A DNA stretch of 48,893 bases, from positions 1 to 48,893 of the forward strand of contig JBIIPZ010000023.1 of the NCBI GenBank assembly GCA_044342325.1, in the 5' to 3' direction. The notes beneath the pieces were generated by a model. The model was not told the origin of the DNA. It worked only from the letters and a program-made list of their open reading frames with translations, and did no database searches. Made by a program: the position numbers and the translations under genes. Shown piece by piece: positions 1-7,839 of the stretch (positions within the stretch are counted from its first letter, which is position 1; each line of letters starts with the position of its first letter). The stretch is from Terrimicrobiaceae bacterium. Lineage in GTDB: Bacteria; Verrucomicrobiota; Verrucomicrobiia; Chthoniobacterales; Terrimicrobiaceae.

Positions 1-123
1 GCCACCCTCGAAGCCCTATGCACCGAACTCAACGCCACAGAAATCTGCTATCCCGGCACCACCCTCCGCCTCGTCTACCGCCCAATCAGGTCATCCGTTT
101 TCCCGAGAGGTCAGGATGTCTGA
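1..123 (+). mobile_element. 3' end of a probable transposase gene (partial, runs off left edge)
   Basis: Frame +1 is open from base 1: ATLEALCTELNATEICYPGTTLRLVYRPIRSSVFPRGQDV, TGA at 121-123. It resembles, from memory, the C-termini of a putative transposase family (LCxELNATE..(F/Y)PGT.LRLVY...QxV*). Not in the ORF track because the start lies outside the window. Confidence 0.45.
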
Positions 124-153
124 GGCTCTATTGCTCACGCCTTCTCTCAACAA

Positions 154-300
154 GACAACGCTCTGTCGCGGCGAGACAACGCTCCGTCACGGCGAGACAA
201 CGCTCCGTCACGGCGTGACAACGCTCAGTCACGGCATGACAACGCTCTGTCGCGGCATGACAACGCTCTGTCGCAGCGTGACAACGCTCTGTCGCGGCGT
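154..300. repeat. Tandem array, 7 x 21 bp (consensus GACAACGCTCTGTCGCGGCGT)
   Basis: Units start at 154, 175, 196, 217, 238, 259 and 280. GACAACGCTC is invariant; a few 3' positions vary. Confidence 0.97.
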
Positions 301-328
301 AACAAAGATACGAAGAAAAAATCCCGCC

Positions 329-354
329 GGAACGCCGACGTCCCCGTCGGCATC
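329..354. repeat. REP-like GC hairpin
   Basis: GGAAC-GCCGACG-TCCC-CGTCGGC-ATC: perfect 7-bp stem (334-340/345-351) downstream of hsdR. Confidence 0.5.
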
Positions 355-517
355 AGCGCCTGATAGCCATATTTTTACAGCAACTCCGCTAAACCAAATG
401 CATCAATACGCAGCACCCCGTTTTTTCCTGCCTTCGGCATTCCTGTGAATCCTATCTTGTCCCGCCGGAGTTGTAATTCCGTGGGCGGATCATCCTGTCT
501 AAAAATTCCTTTTGGGC

Positions 518-3500
518 TCAAGCGATCGCCCGGTTTCTTACCTCTTCGAGGATGGAGATGAGTTCGTCCACTTGGGGGCTGTCGAAGACGCCTTCGACGC
601 CTTGGTCGTGGATGAAGGTGTAGGGCGGTTCGTAGAGGCGGGCGGCTTCCATCATGCCGTTGGCGGTGAGGTGTTTCACGACCTCTTCTAAAAACTGGAT
701 CTGGTTGGCGGTGGGCGTGCGGCCTTTGAGGAAGGCGCTCATCGCGTTTTTGGCGGCTTCGCGGTCGAGGCCGACGAGCGAGCGGACGAAGAGGCCGAGT
801 CCTTGGCTGGCTTCCTTGGCTCGGACGACATCCTCGGGCGTGCCGGTGCCACTTTCCACCAAGATGCGTTCGAGTTCGCGGAGGTCGATTTTCGTGAGGG
901 GAATATTGGTGCGCAGTTTGTGCACGGTCATATGGCTCTCGTGGGCGAGGAGGAATTGCCGGGCCTTGGCGCGGAATTTCTCGAAGGTGTCCGGTGCGGA
1001 GAATCCCGGCAGGTCGAAGGGTTTTTCTTCGCCCATTTCGTCCTCGAAATCGGTGAAAACCACCTTGCGGGAGACGGTTTTGATGATGGTGATGAATCCG
1101 CGAAGTTTTTGGCGAACATTCTCGAGCATCCCCAAGTTCACATATTGCCACCACTCGTCGGTTTGCAGGGCTTGGATGAGCGGCATGTGTTGCCGGTAGG
1201 TCGGCACATTGTTTTCCTCGAGGATGGCGGCGATGGACTGCAGGCGCTTGGCAAGGCGGTCGAAATACTTTGCGTTTGTTAGCAGGCCGAGTTGCAGGGT
1301 CAGGAGCAGCAAATCGAAACGCTTGGCCTCTTCCTTCTCGGGTTCGAGGCGCGTGGGGAGCCCGGAGACCTCGCGGCTCAACTCCACATATTCATTGATC
1401 GTCAATTTCTCCCACGCCTTAGGGTCTTGATATTTTTCGACGAGGTGGAGCCTCGGGCGAACGATGAAGTTCTCGAAATTCATCGACGCTACCTCGGTTC
1501 GCAAAAGCGTGGAGAGGTCGGCCCGGAGTTCGGCTTCAGGGCAGGGGCCCTCGCGGAGTGTTTTGTCGAGTTTCTCATCGAGCGCCTGGATCAACCCCAA
1601 GCGCGTTTTGAAGATTCGTTTGCCGAGCGGTTCGCCCGCCGAGCCATCCGTCGTCTCGGGATTCTCGCTGAAGAATTCTAGGTTCTGGCAGTAGTCGAAG
1701 ATGTAGAAGAACTTCTTGTGCTTGTCGGGGCCGAAGAGGTGTGTGCAAGGGCGCGTGCCACGCCCGACCATTTGCCAGAATTTCGCCTTCGAGCGCACCA
1801 TCTTGAAGAAAACGAGATTCACCGCCTCCGGCACATCGATGCCGGTATCGAGCATATCCACCGAGATCGCGATGTGGGGCTCGGAGTCCTTGACTTTGAA
1901 GGCCTCGATCAATTTATCCGCCTTCTCCACCTGGCAGGTGATGACTTTGGCGAATTTGGCCTTGTAGTGCGGATAGTTCGCATCGAAACGCTCGGCGATG
2001 AATTGGGCGTGGCTTTGATTCTTGGCGAAGATGATCGTTTTGCCCAACCGGTCGCCACCCGCGACCTTCTGCCCCTTGCTCATGAGGTGCTCGAGCATTT
2101 TATCCACCGTATCCTTGTTGAAGAACCACTTGTTCACCGCCTGCGACTCCACGATTTCCGGCACGGTGCCTTCGTCGTTCCATTCCAGCGCATCCCACTC
2201 CTCGCGCTCCTCTTCGCTGAGGGTGCCTCGGCTCAGGCCTTCATGTTGGTATTTCAGTGGCACAGAGACCGCCCTCGGCGGCACCAGATAATCCTCCTTC
2301 ACGGCGTCTTCGAGTGTGTAGGCATCGGTGGGCACACCGTTTTCGAGATTGAAGAGGCCGTAGGTGTTGCGATCCACCTCATCCTTGGGCGTGGCGGTGA
2401 GGCCCACGAGGAACGAGTCGAAGTAATCAAAAATGGCACGGTATTTCTGGAAGACCGAGCGGTGCGCCTCATCGATCACGATCAGGTCGAAATGCCCCAC
2501 GCCGAAGCGGCTCTGGTCCCCCTCGAGCTTGTCGATCAGGCCCATCATGGTGGCGTAGGTGGAAACATAGATGCGGCTATCCGTGGTCTTGTCCTCGCGG
2601 AGATTCACGGGAGGGGAGTCGGGCAGGTGTTCTTTGAAGTCATCTGCGCCTTGTTTGACCAGTTCCTTGCGGTCGGCGAGGAAGAGCACTGTCTTCACCC
2701 AGTTGCAGCGAATGAGCAGGTCGCAGAGCGCCACCACGGTGCGCGTTTTTCCCGAGCCCGTGGCCATCACCAGCAGGGCCCTGCGGTCGAGGTCTTTCTC
2801 AAAGGCCTCGCCGACGCGCCGGATCGCCCGGTGTTGGTAAGGCCGATCCACGATGTCTTCATTGATTTTTTCGCCCGCCATGGGCTTGCGCGTTTTGCGG
2901 CGCTGGATCATCAGCTCCAGTTCGTTCTTCTTGTAAAAGCCCTGCACCCGCCGTGGCGGGCAGTTCGTGTCATCCCACAGCCAATGGACCTTGCCGTTCG
3001 AGTAGAAGATGACTGGCCGCTGGCCGAACTGCTTTTCCAGCGCATCTGCATACAGCTTGGCTTGCTGCTGACCCACGCGGGCATCGCGACGGGAGCGCTT
3101 CGCTTCGATAATGGCCAAGGGTAGCCCGTTGTCGCCCCACAGCACATAGTCCACAAATCCTTGGTCCGATTCCGTCAGCATGCCTGTGACGGGGAATTCC
3201 CGGTCGCGCTTCTGGGTGAGATTCCAACCCGCCCGCTCCAACGCCCAATCGATCTGTTTTAGCCGCGTTTCCTCCTCCGTGTAGTCGTGGGTATCCGGCT
3301 CGGCGGCATTCCGCCGTTTTGCCTCGGCGACAGCGGCCCGCAAAATCTGAAGTTCCTCGGAGAGCGATTTGTTGTCCGCCAGGAGGAAAGTGAGCTTCTC
3401 ATCCTTTTCCCGATTCTCGGCCGCGATGCGCTGGAGTTCCTCGAGCGTTTGCTTCGGCAATGCCGACACTTTCGGAATCCGCGCAGCATCGAAGTTGACG

Positions 3501-3898
3501 CCCGGCGACGGCTTCTCTCCGCGCCCGTAGGTATGCGCCACCCAGTAGGCGATGTGAAAAAACTCCCGCACCGCGATGTAGGAATCCTGCTCGAAGATGT
3601 CTCGCTTGCTGTGCACCGCGTGATTGCCGAGATCCTTGATGATTTTTGCCTTCGAAAAAATCTCCTCTCCGGCCGTGTTCCGGAAGGTCGGCTCGTGCAG
3701 GAGCGCATTCAGGCTGTCCTGATACGGCAAGCGCAGGGCGGCATCGTGTTTGTAGAGCCACGCCATCGCCATCTCCAGAGCCCGTCGGGCATAGAAACAC
3801 GCCGCTCTTGGATCGGAGTAGGCCAGCGACTCCGCTTTGGCGGCGGGTTCCAGCACTTCGGGCCATTCGGCGGCGAGGAAATGGAAGTTGCTCGTCAT
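518..3898 (-). CDS. hsdR: Type I restriction enzyme R subunit (N-terminal DUF4145-like region, nuclease, DEAH helicase, EcoEI-R-type C-terminus)
   Basis: 1126 aa. Nuclease motif VDYVLW..IIEAK, Walker A MATGSGKT, DEAHR, LTATP, MLDTGID, QMVGRGTR. Same locus as hsdM and hsdS. Confidence 0.95.
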   Translation of the reverse strand: MTSNFHFLAAEWPEVLEPAAKAESLAYSDPRAACFYARRALEMAMAWLYKHDAALRLPYQDSLNALLHEPTFRNTAGEEIFSKAKIIKDLGNHAVHSKRDIFEQDSYIAVREFFHIAYWVAHTYGRGEKPSPGVNFDAARIPKVSALPKQTLEELQRIAAENREKDEKLTFLLADNKSLSEELQILRAAVAEAKRRNAAEPDTHDYTEEETRLKQIDWALERAGWNLTQKRDREFPVTGMLTESDQGFVDYVLWGDNGLPLAIIEAKRSRRDARVGQQQAKLYADALEKQFGQRPVIFYSNGKVHWLWDDTNCPPRRVQGFYKKNELELMIQRRKTRKPMAGEKINEDIVDRPYQHRAIRRVGEAFEKDLDRRALLVMATGSGKTRTVVALCDLLIRCNWVKTVLFLADRKELVKQGADDFKEHLPDSPPVNLREDKTTDSRIYVSTYATMMGLIDKLEGDQSRFGVGHFDLIVIDEAHRSVFQKYRAIFDYFDSFLVGLTATPKDEVDRNTYGLFNLENGVPTDAYTLEDAVKEDYLVPPRAVSVPLKYQHEGLSRGTLSEEEREEWDALEWNDEGTVPEIVESQAVNKWFFNKDTVDKMLEHLMSKGQKVAGGDRLGKTIIFAKNQSHAQFIAERFDANYPHYKAKFAKVITCQVEKADKLIEAFKVKDSEPHIAISVDMLDTGIDVPEAVNLVFFKMVRSKAKFWQMVGRGTRPCTHLFGPDKHKKFFYIFDYCQNLEFFSENPETTDGSAGEPLGKRIFKTRLGLIQALDEKLDKTLREGPCPEAELRADLSTLLRTEVASMNFENFIVRPRLHLVEKYQDPKAWEKLTINEYVELSREVSGLPTRLEPEKEEAKRFDLLLLTLQLGLLTNAKYFDRLAKRLQSIAAILEENNVPTYRQHMPLIQALQTDEWWQYVNLGMLENVRQKLRGFITIIKTVSRKVVFTDFEDEMGEEKPFDLPGFSAPDTFEKFRAKARQFLLAHESHMTVHKLRTNIPLTKIDLRELERILVESGTGTPEDVVRAKEASQGLGLFVRSLVGLDREAAKNAMSAFLKGRTPTANQIQFLEEVVKHLTANGMMEAARLYEPPYTFIHDQGVEGVFDSPQVDELISILEEVRNRAIA

Positions 3899-4917
3899 CG
3901 GTTTAATGCCTCCTCGGCACCAGCCAGCACGGACATCATCTCATCAAAGGAGAGCGGCTCGGCGAGGAACATCGGGCGCATCGCGAGGTAATCGCGACGA
4001 AGCTCCGCCATGCGAAATTCTGGCGGGTGCAATCGCAGTGTTCCCGGAACCGCCGATTCGTAGTGGGCCCAGCTTGAGGCAAAATAGCGACTCTTGTGCA
4101 AACGCACGCGCTCCAGCAAATCCAGTCGCTCCGCCGCAGTCCGTCCCGATGGATGCCGCCAGAGCGCGACGAAGTCCGAGAAGTGCCGTGCGTAGCGTGG
4201 TGGCTGGGCCTTGTCTGTAGGGCGGTGGAATTCCGCGTGGAGGATTGTCGCCTTCTCCCAGAATGTCCGCTCGACTTCCAACGCCACAACCTCCGCCTGA
4301 AAGTCTACGAACGCTTCCGGAGCCAACTCCGCCACCAGCGGAACGATCCGGTGCGAGCCCGTAGGGCGCTGGTCGGTGAGCGAGCCGAATTCGATCTTCA
4401 CGGCGGATCGAATGTAGGGAAGCGGATTCGGGAGCGTAGTTGGGTAATCGAAATGGATCACCGGCGAATGCGACGCCTCCTCGAGTTCATAGCGCAGCCA
4501 AGGGCGTCCTCCGGTTTTCTCGCCGAGTTGCCCGGAGATGAGTTTTTCCAATAGAGGCAGAAACTCCGTTTCCACTTTGTGGGCGCAGGCGGCGAGGAGT
4601 GTCGCGGCGCGCTTCGCACGGGCGGTCTTGGTTGGCGCCTCGTCGATTTCGCTTTCCGGGTGGCCGAGCGATTCCGGACTGAGGCCGAGATCCACATCCT
4701 CCGAAAACCGATTAATCACCCCAAATACCTTCGAGAGCGAAGTGCCGCCCTTGAAGACGGCACTGCCGCCGAGTTCCGGCGTGCCAAAAATCAGGCCCAA
4801 GAGCCAGCACACCCAGAAATCCTTTTCGGTGATCGCAGGATCCACGCGGGTGCGCTCTTCGTAGCGGATGAAAAAGTCCGTCCGATCTCGTTCAGGTATG
4901 GTTGCAAAGCGGTTCAC
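3895..4917 (-). CDS. abiEii: AbiEii/AbiGii-family nucleotidyltransferase toxin (type IV TA)
   Basis: EKDFWVC, FKGGTSLSK, RFSEDVD, ERTFWEK, ARHFSD motifs. Likely start is GTG 4917, overlapping the abiEi stop, with GGAGG upstream. Stop overlaps the hsdR ATG. Confidence 0.92.
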   Translation of the reverse strand: MNRFATIPERDRTDFFIRYEERTRVDPAITEKDFWVCWLLGLIFGTPELGGSAVFKGGTSLSKVFGVINRFSEDVDLGLSPESLGHPESEIDEAPTKTARAKRAATLLAACAHKVETEFLPLLEKLISGQLGEKTGGRPWLRYELEEASHSPVIHFDYPTTLPNPLPYIRSAVKIEFGSLTDQRPTGSHRIVPLVAELAPEAFVDFQAEVVALEVERTFWEKATILHAEFHRPTDKAQPPRYARHFSDFVALWRHPSGRTAAERLDLLERVRLHKSRYFASSWAHYESAVPGTLRLHPPEFRMAELRRDYLAMRPMFLAEPLSFDEMMSVLAGAEEALNR

Positions 4918-5540
4918 GGCGATTCCTCCCCAGCTAGGGCCTGCAAATGCGGGTGCATCCAACTCGGTGCCAATGTGAGATCATCCAGCAGGTGGCGGCG
5001 TTCTTTCGCTGGGATCGTTGCTTGTAGTCGGCGCAGGTGCTCCGGCGTGATTTTGCTTTTGCCAAGATTTCGGAGTCCCGCAATAACCATACCCACGGTG
5101 GTATTTTCTGGCACGATGGTGCGCGGTGCCACATGGCGGAATTTGATGATATGTGGACCGGCTTTCACCGTGCGACTGCGCCCGTCCGTGAGGTAATCCA
5201 CCTGCGCAGGCACCTGCTCGCTCAGGCCAAGCAGATTGGCGGCGCTGGCGTCGATCTTGCGCACACGCATGTGGTCGCGACGGGCGAGCGCGGTCACCAC
5301 GGCCTCCTTGGATGGAGCGACTTCTCCCAGCCAGGGATTCATGCGCGGTCGAAAATACATACCGCGCGCGAGACGGCGAATCTCTCCTTTGCGGGTGAGC
5401 CAGGAAAGGGCGGCGTCCACCGCCGAGCGCGAGTCCAAATCCAAAAAATCGCCCGTGGTGAAAACCGCATCGTTGCGAGCCCGCCGGATGCGGCGTGCGA
5501 TGCGCGAGGGCGTGCTGGATTGGTGAACAGGTCTAGCCAT
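4914..5540 (-). CDS. abiEi: AbiEi-type antitoxin / winged-helix regulator (DUF6088-like)
   Basis: VFTTGDFLDLDSRSAVDAALSWL..RRLARGMY, AANLLGLSEQVPAQVDYLTDG. Directly upstream of abiEii. ATG 5540 preferred to 5579. Confidence 0.88.
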   Translation of the reverse strand: MARPVHQSSTPSRIARRIRRARNDAVFTTGDFLDLDSRSAVDAALSWLTRKGEIRRLARGMYFRPRMNPWLGEVAPSKEAVVTALARRDHMRVRKIDASAANLLGLSEQVPAQVDYLTDGRSRTVKAGPHIIKFRHVAPRTIVPENTTVGMVIAGLRNLGKSKITPEHLRRLQATIPAKERRHLLDDLTLAPSWMHPHLQALAGEESP

Positions 5541-5543
5541 TAT

Positions 5544-5571
5544 CTCGGAAATATGTGCACATTTTTCTGAG
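5544..5571. promoter_or_regulatory. 28-bp imperfect palindrome, probable AbiEi operator
   Basis: CTCGGAAATATGTGCACATTTTTCTGAG, centred on GTGCAC, 3 bp upstream of the abiEi ATG. AbiEi antitoxins autorepress through promoter inverted repeats. Confidence 0.65.
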
Positions 5572-5611
5572 TTAATCAAGGTCTTTTAGCATGCGGACGG
5601 GAAAGCACCAC

Positions 5612-5639
5612 GTTATAAAAATGGGCGCGTTTTTATAAC
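5612..5639. promoter_or_regulatory. Perfect 10-bp inverted repeat with 8-bp spacer (candidate operator)
   Basis: GTTATAAAAA-TGGGCGCG-TTTTTATAAC between the XRE gene and abiEi. Confidence 0.5.
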
Positions 5640-5667
5640 ATGATTTCAAGTGGAGCCGCTTTCCCAT

Positions 5668-5994
5668 TCAGCCCTTCCTCCTCGGTTTCGAAGCGTTTTT
5701 GCGCTCCGGGCGGAGCAGGTCTTTTAAGCGCAATTCCGGCTCGGTGGCAGGAATTACATCCCCCAGCGCCTCGGCCAGACCCAGCGCCCCCAGCGCCCGC
5801 GCCACATGGCGAAACTCCACCGTCCCGTCGCCCTGCTCGATCTTCCGGTAGGTGGGCACGGACACCCCCACGACTCCGGCCACATACTCCTGCGACAAAT
5901 TCCGCCGCAACCGCAGCGCCTTCAGCCGAATTCCGAATTTCTCCAACGCCTCGGCATCTCCTAAAATAGAAATTATATTTTCTAAAGAAACCAT
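5668..5994 (-). CDS. XRE-family HTH regulator (HipB-like antitoxin type)
   Basis: FGIRLKALRLRRNLSQEYVAGVVGVSVPTYRKIEQG is a classic Cro/XRE HTH. Start 5994 or 6012. Confidence 0.85.
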   Translation of the reverse strand: MVSLENIISILGDAEALEKFGIRLKALRLRRNLSQEYVAGVVGVSVPTYRKIEQGDGTVEFRHVARALGALGLAEALGDVIPATEPELRLKDLLRPERKNASKPRRKG

Positions 5995-6105
5995 TTTATT
6001 GAGGATATGCAAAGGATAGTTTGCGAAGTAAAAGTGAAAAATGAGATGGCGAATGGGCGAAGGAAAGCCACCTCTTGGAGCATCAACCTTTCGATTTTCC
6101 TCATC

Positions 6106-6654
6106 CTACTTTTCATTTTCCTCCATCCACCCCGCCAAGGCCAGCAACCTTGCACTGCTGGGGCCGTTGAATCCGTTGCCGTAGCGGCTGTCGTAGTTCT
6201 GCGCCCAGTCGGAGGCGAGCTTGTAACCATTTGAGGGATGCGGATGGCCTTCGAGGACCAGTGCCAGGCCCTCCTCGATGAGATACAAGGGCCAGGAGTT
6301 CACCACGCGCACGGGCCCCCATTGCTGGCCGCGAAACTCCCTCTTGTATTGAGCCGCCTCCTTTTGAAGCGCCTCGATGGATCGCCGGCTCAAGCGGCGA
6401 TCCCGATTCCCTGCTTCGTTCAGCCCTTGTAAAAAAACTCGCGCCTTCTCGATCAACGCCGCCTCTTCAGGTTCCTTGCCGGCATTGTCAGTGGCCGCTT
6501 GGCTCGCAACCCACAGCCCCAGGGCAGGCAGCCGATTCGGGGCCTCCAACCACTTTTTTAACACCGTCAATCGCGTGAGCGGCGCATTGCCGCGCAAATC
6601 GATATCCTGAACGATCTGGCGAATCTTTTCGGAGGTGGAAACTCGCGCGCTCAT
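6106..6654 (-). CDS. Hypothetical protein (182 aa) inside the R-M locus
   Basis: ATG 3 bp after the hsdS stop, globular-looking sequence, no family recognised. Confidence 0.75.
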   Translation of the reverse strand: MSARVSTSEKIRQIVQDIDLRGNAPLTRLTVLKKWLEAPNRLPALGLWVASQAATDNAGKEPEEAALIEKARVFLQGLNEAGNRDRRLSRRSIEALQKEAAQYKREFRGQQWGPVRVVNSWPLYLIEEGLALVLEGHPHPSNGYKLASDWAQNYDSRYGNGFNGPSSARLLALAGWMEENEK

Positions 6655-6657
6655 GTC

Positions 6658-7839
6658 TCAAAGTTCCCCGCGAAAGGCTCGGTGCTGCAGGCTCGCAAAG
6701 AGCGCGTCCAACTCTGTCAACGCGGCGCGCTGGGCGGTTTTCAGCTTTTCCACGGCGGCCACGCGGCGGGCGAATTCGCGCTGGAGGGAGATGGGGGGAA
6801 GGGGAAATAAGATTTGCTCAAAGCGTCCCTTGCTTACCATCCCCTTCATTCCTGCAGTTGATGCTTCTTGAATTAGCCGTTTTCCAACAATCATCTGTGC
6901 ATAGATGAAGTGGGCGTCTTCTTTGTCCGGGATAAACGCATTGATCTGTTGGTTGAATGCAACTTCGCGATCTGTCATCGAGGCGTTGCCGATACACTCA
7001 GGACTTCCGGCGATGCAGGTTATCAAAATCGAACCAGCGGGGACAGTCCGCGCTATGGACTTTCCGGATTCGGATAATCCTTCGGTGGCTTTGGTCAAGT
7101 AGTAATGCGGGGTGTTAATATTGTCTGATTTAATCCACTCGATGTGCTTGCCGTAATAGTTAGGGTTTGATCGCGGTGGTGTATTTCCGGTGATGACTTT
7201 GCCGATCTCTCCAAGTGGCTTCGTTGGCCAACCCTTTGGGTTGGTTGCCGGATCGCCAAAAAGATCGAGGAAGAGGGATTTTGTGAGGGAGTCGAGTTGG
7301 GCGAGGGCGGCGCGGCGCTTGGCCCGCAACGCCTCCGCCTTGTCCAAAACCTCCGCAATCCGCCGCTGCAGCAGCAAAGGGGGAAGTGGGATGTCGAAAG
7401 TGGAAAGGAAATTTGCAGGCACGCGGCGTTGACCTGCGCTGCCGGTCATTCTCCGTTCACCTTGAATTCGGAAAAATGGCACTCGCAGAAAGTGAAGAAG
7501 GAATCTGGGATCGAGTTTATCTGGCCTTGGACGAATGACATGAAACTCAGTCGAACCGAATCCGAACGCGTGTGGAATATCGGCCATCACGATTTTCCCG
7601 TTTTCGAAGCAAGGGGTGATCTTCGCCACCAGAACATCGCCGCGTTGAAAAGCCGTATAACCCTTGCGGCATTCCGCCACCGTTCTCACATCATGCTCTA
7701 GAACGGACGCTGTGACCTCGCTCACCCCGGACATTCCGACAAACGAGACTTCCATGCCGGGATCATCGACTGCCGCACGAGGAATTGGCGGATTAATCTC
7801 AGCGACTTCCCCAAGCGCAATCTCATTCCACCTACTCAC
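6658..7839 (-). CDS. hsdS: Type I R-M specificity subunit
   Basis: Two TRDs each followed by conserved helices (IPLPPLLLQRRIAEVLDKA; PLPPISLQREFARRV), FLDLFGDPATNPKGW linker, ends AFRGEL. Confidence 0.95.
   Translation of the reverse strand: MSRWNEIALGEVAEINPPIPRAAVDDPGMEVSFVGMSGVSEVTASVLEHDVRTVAECRKGYTAFQRGDVLVAKITPCFENGKIVMADIPHAFGFGSTEFHVIRPRPDKLDPRFLLHFLRVPFFRIQGERRMTGSAGQRRVPANFLSTFDIPLPPLLLQRRIAEVLDKAEALRAKRRAALAQLDSLTKSLFLDLFGDPATNPKGWPTKPLGEIGKVITGNTPPRSNPNYYGKHIEWIKSDNINTPHYYLTKATEGLSESGKSIARTVPAGSILITCIAGSPECIGNASMTDREVAFNQQINAFIPDKEDAHFIYAQMIVGKRLIQEASTAGMKGMVSKGRFEQILFPLPPISLQREFARRVAAVEKLKTAQRAALTELDALFASLQHRAFRGEL

Noticed and set aside
154..300. CRISPR array
   Set aside because: Units are contiguous 21-mers with no unique spacers, and there are no cas genes in the window.
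116..448. 110-aa ORF with TTLCRGx heptads as a real gene
   Set aside because: It is open mainly because the repeat lacks stops in that frame. No RBS or recognisable domain, and it overlaps the transposase-like stop.
1718..3124. 468-aa plus-strand ORF and similar long antisense ORFs (9851-10768, 29675-30811, 36276-37670, 45172-46146)
   Set aside because: Shadow frames opposite well-supported genes in GC-rich DNA, with no motifs of their own.
6658..7839. Phase-variable hsdS shufflon
   Set aside because: Only one hsdS; no silent TRD copies, recombinase or long inverted repeats seen.
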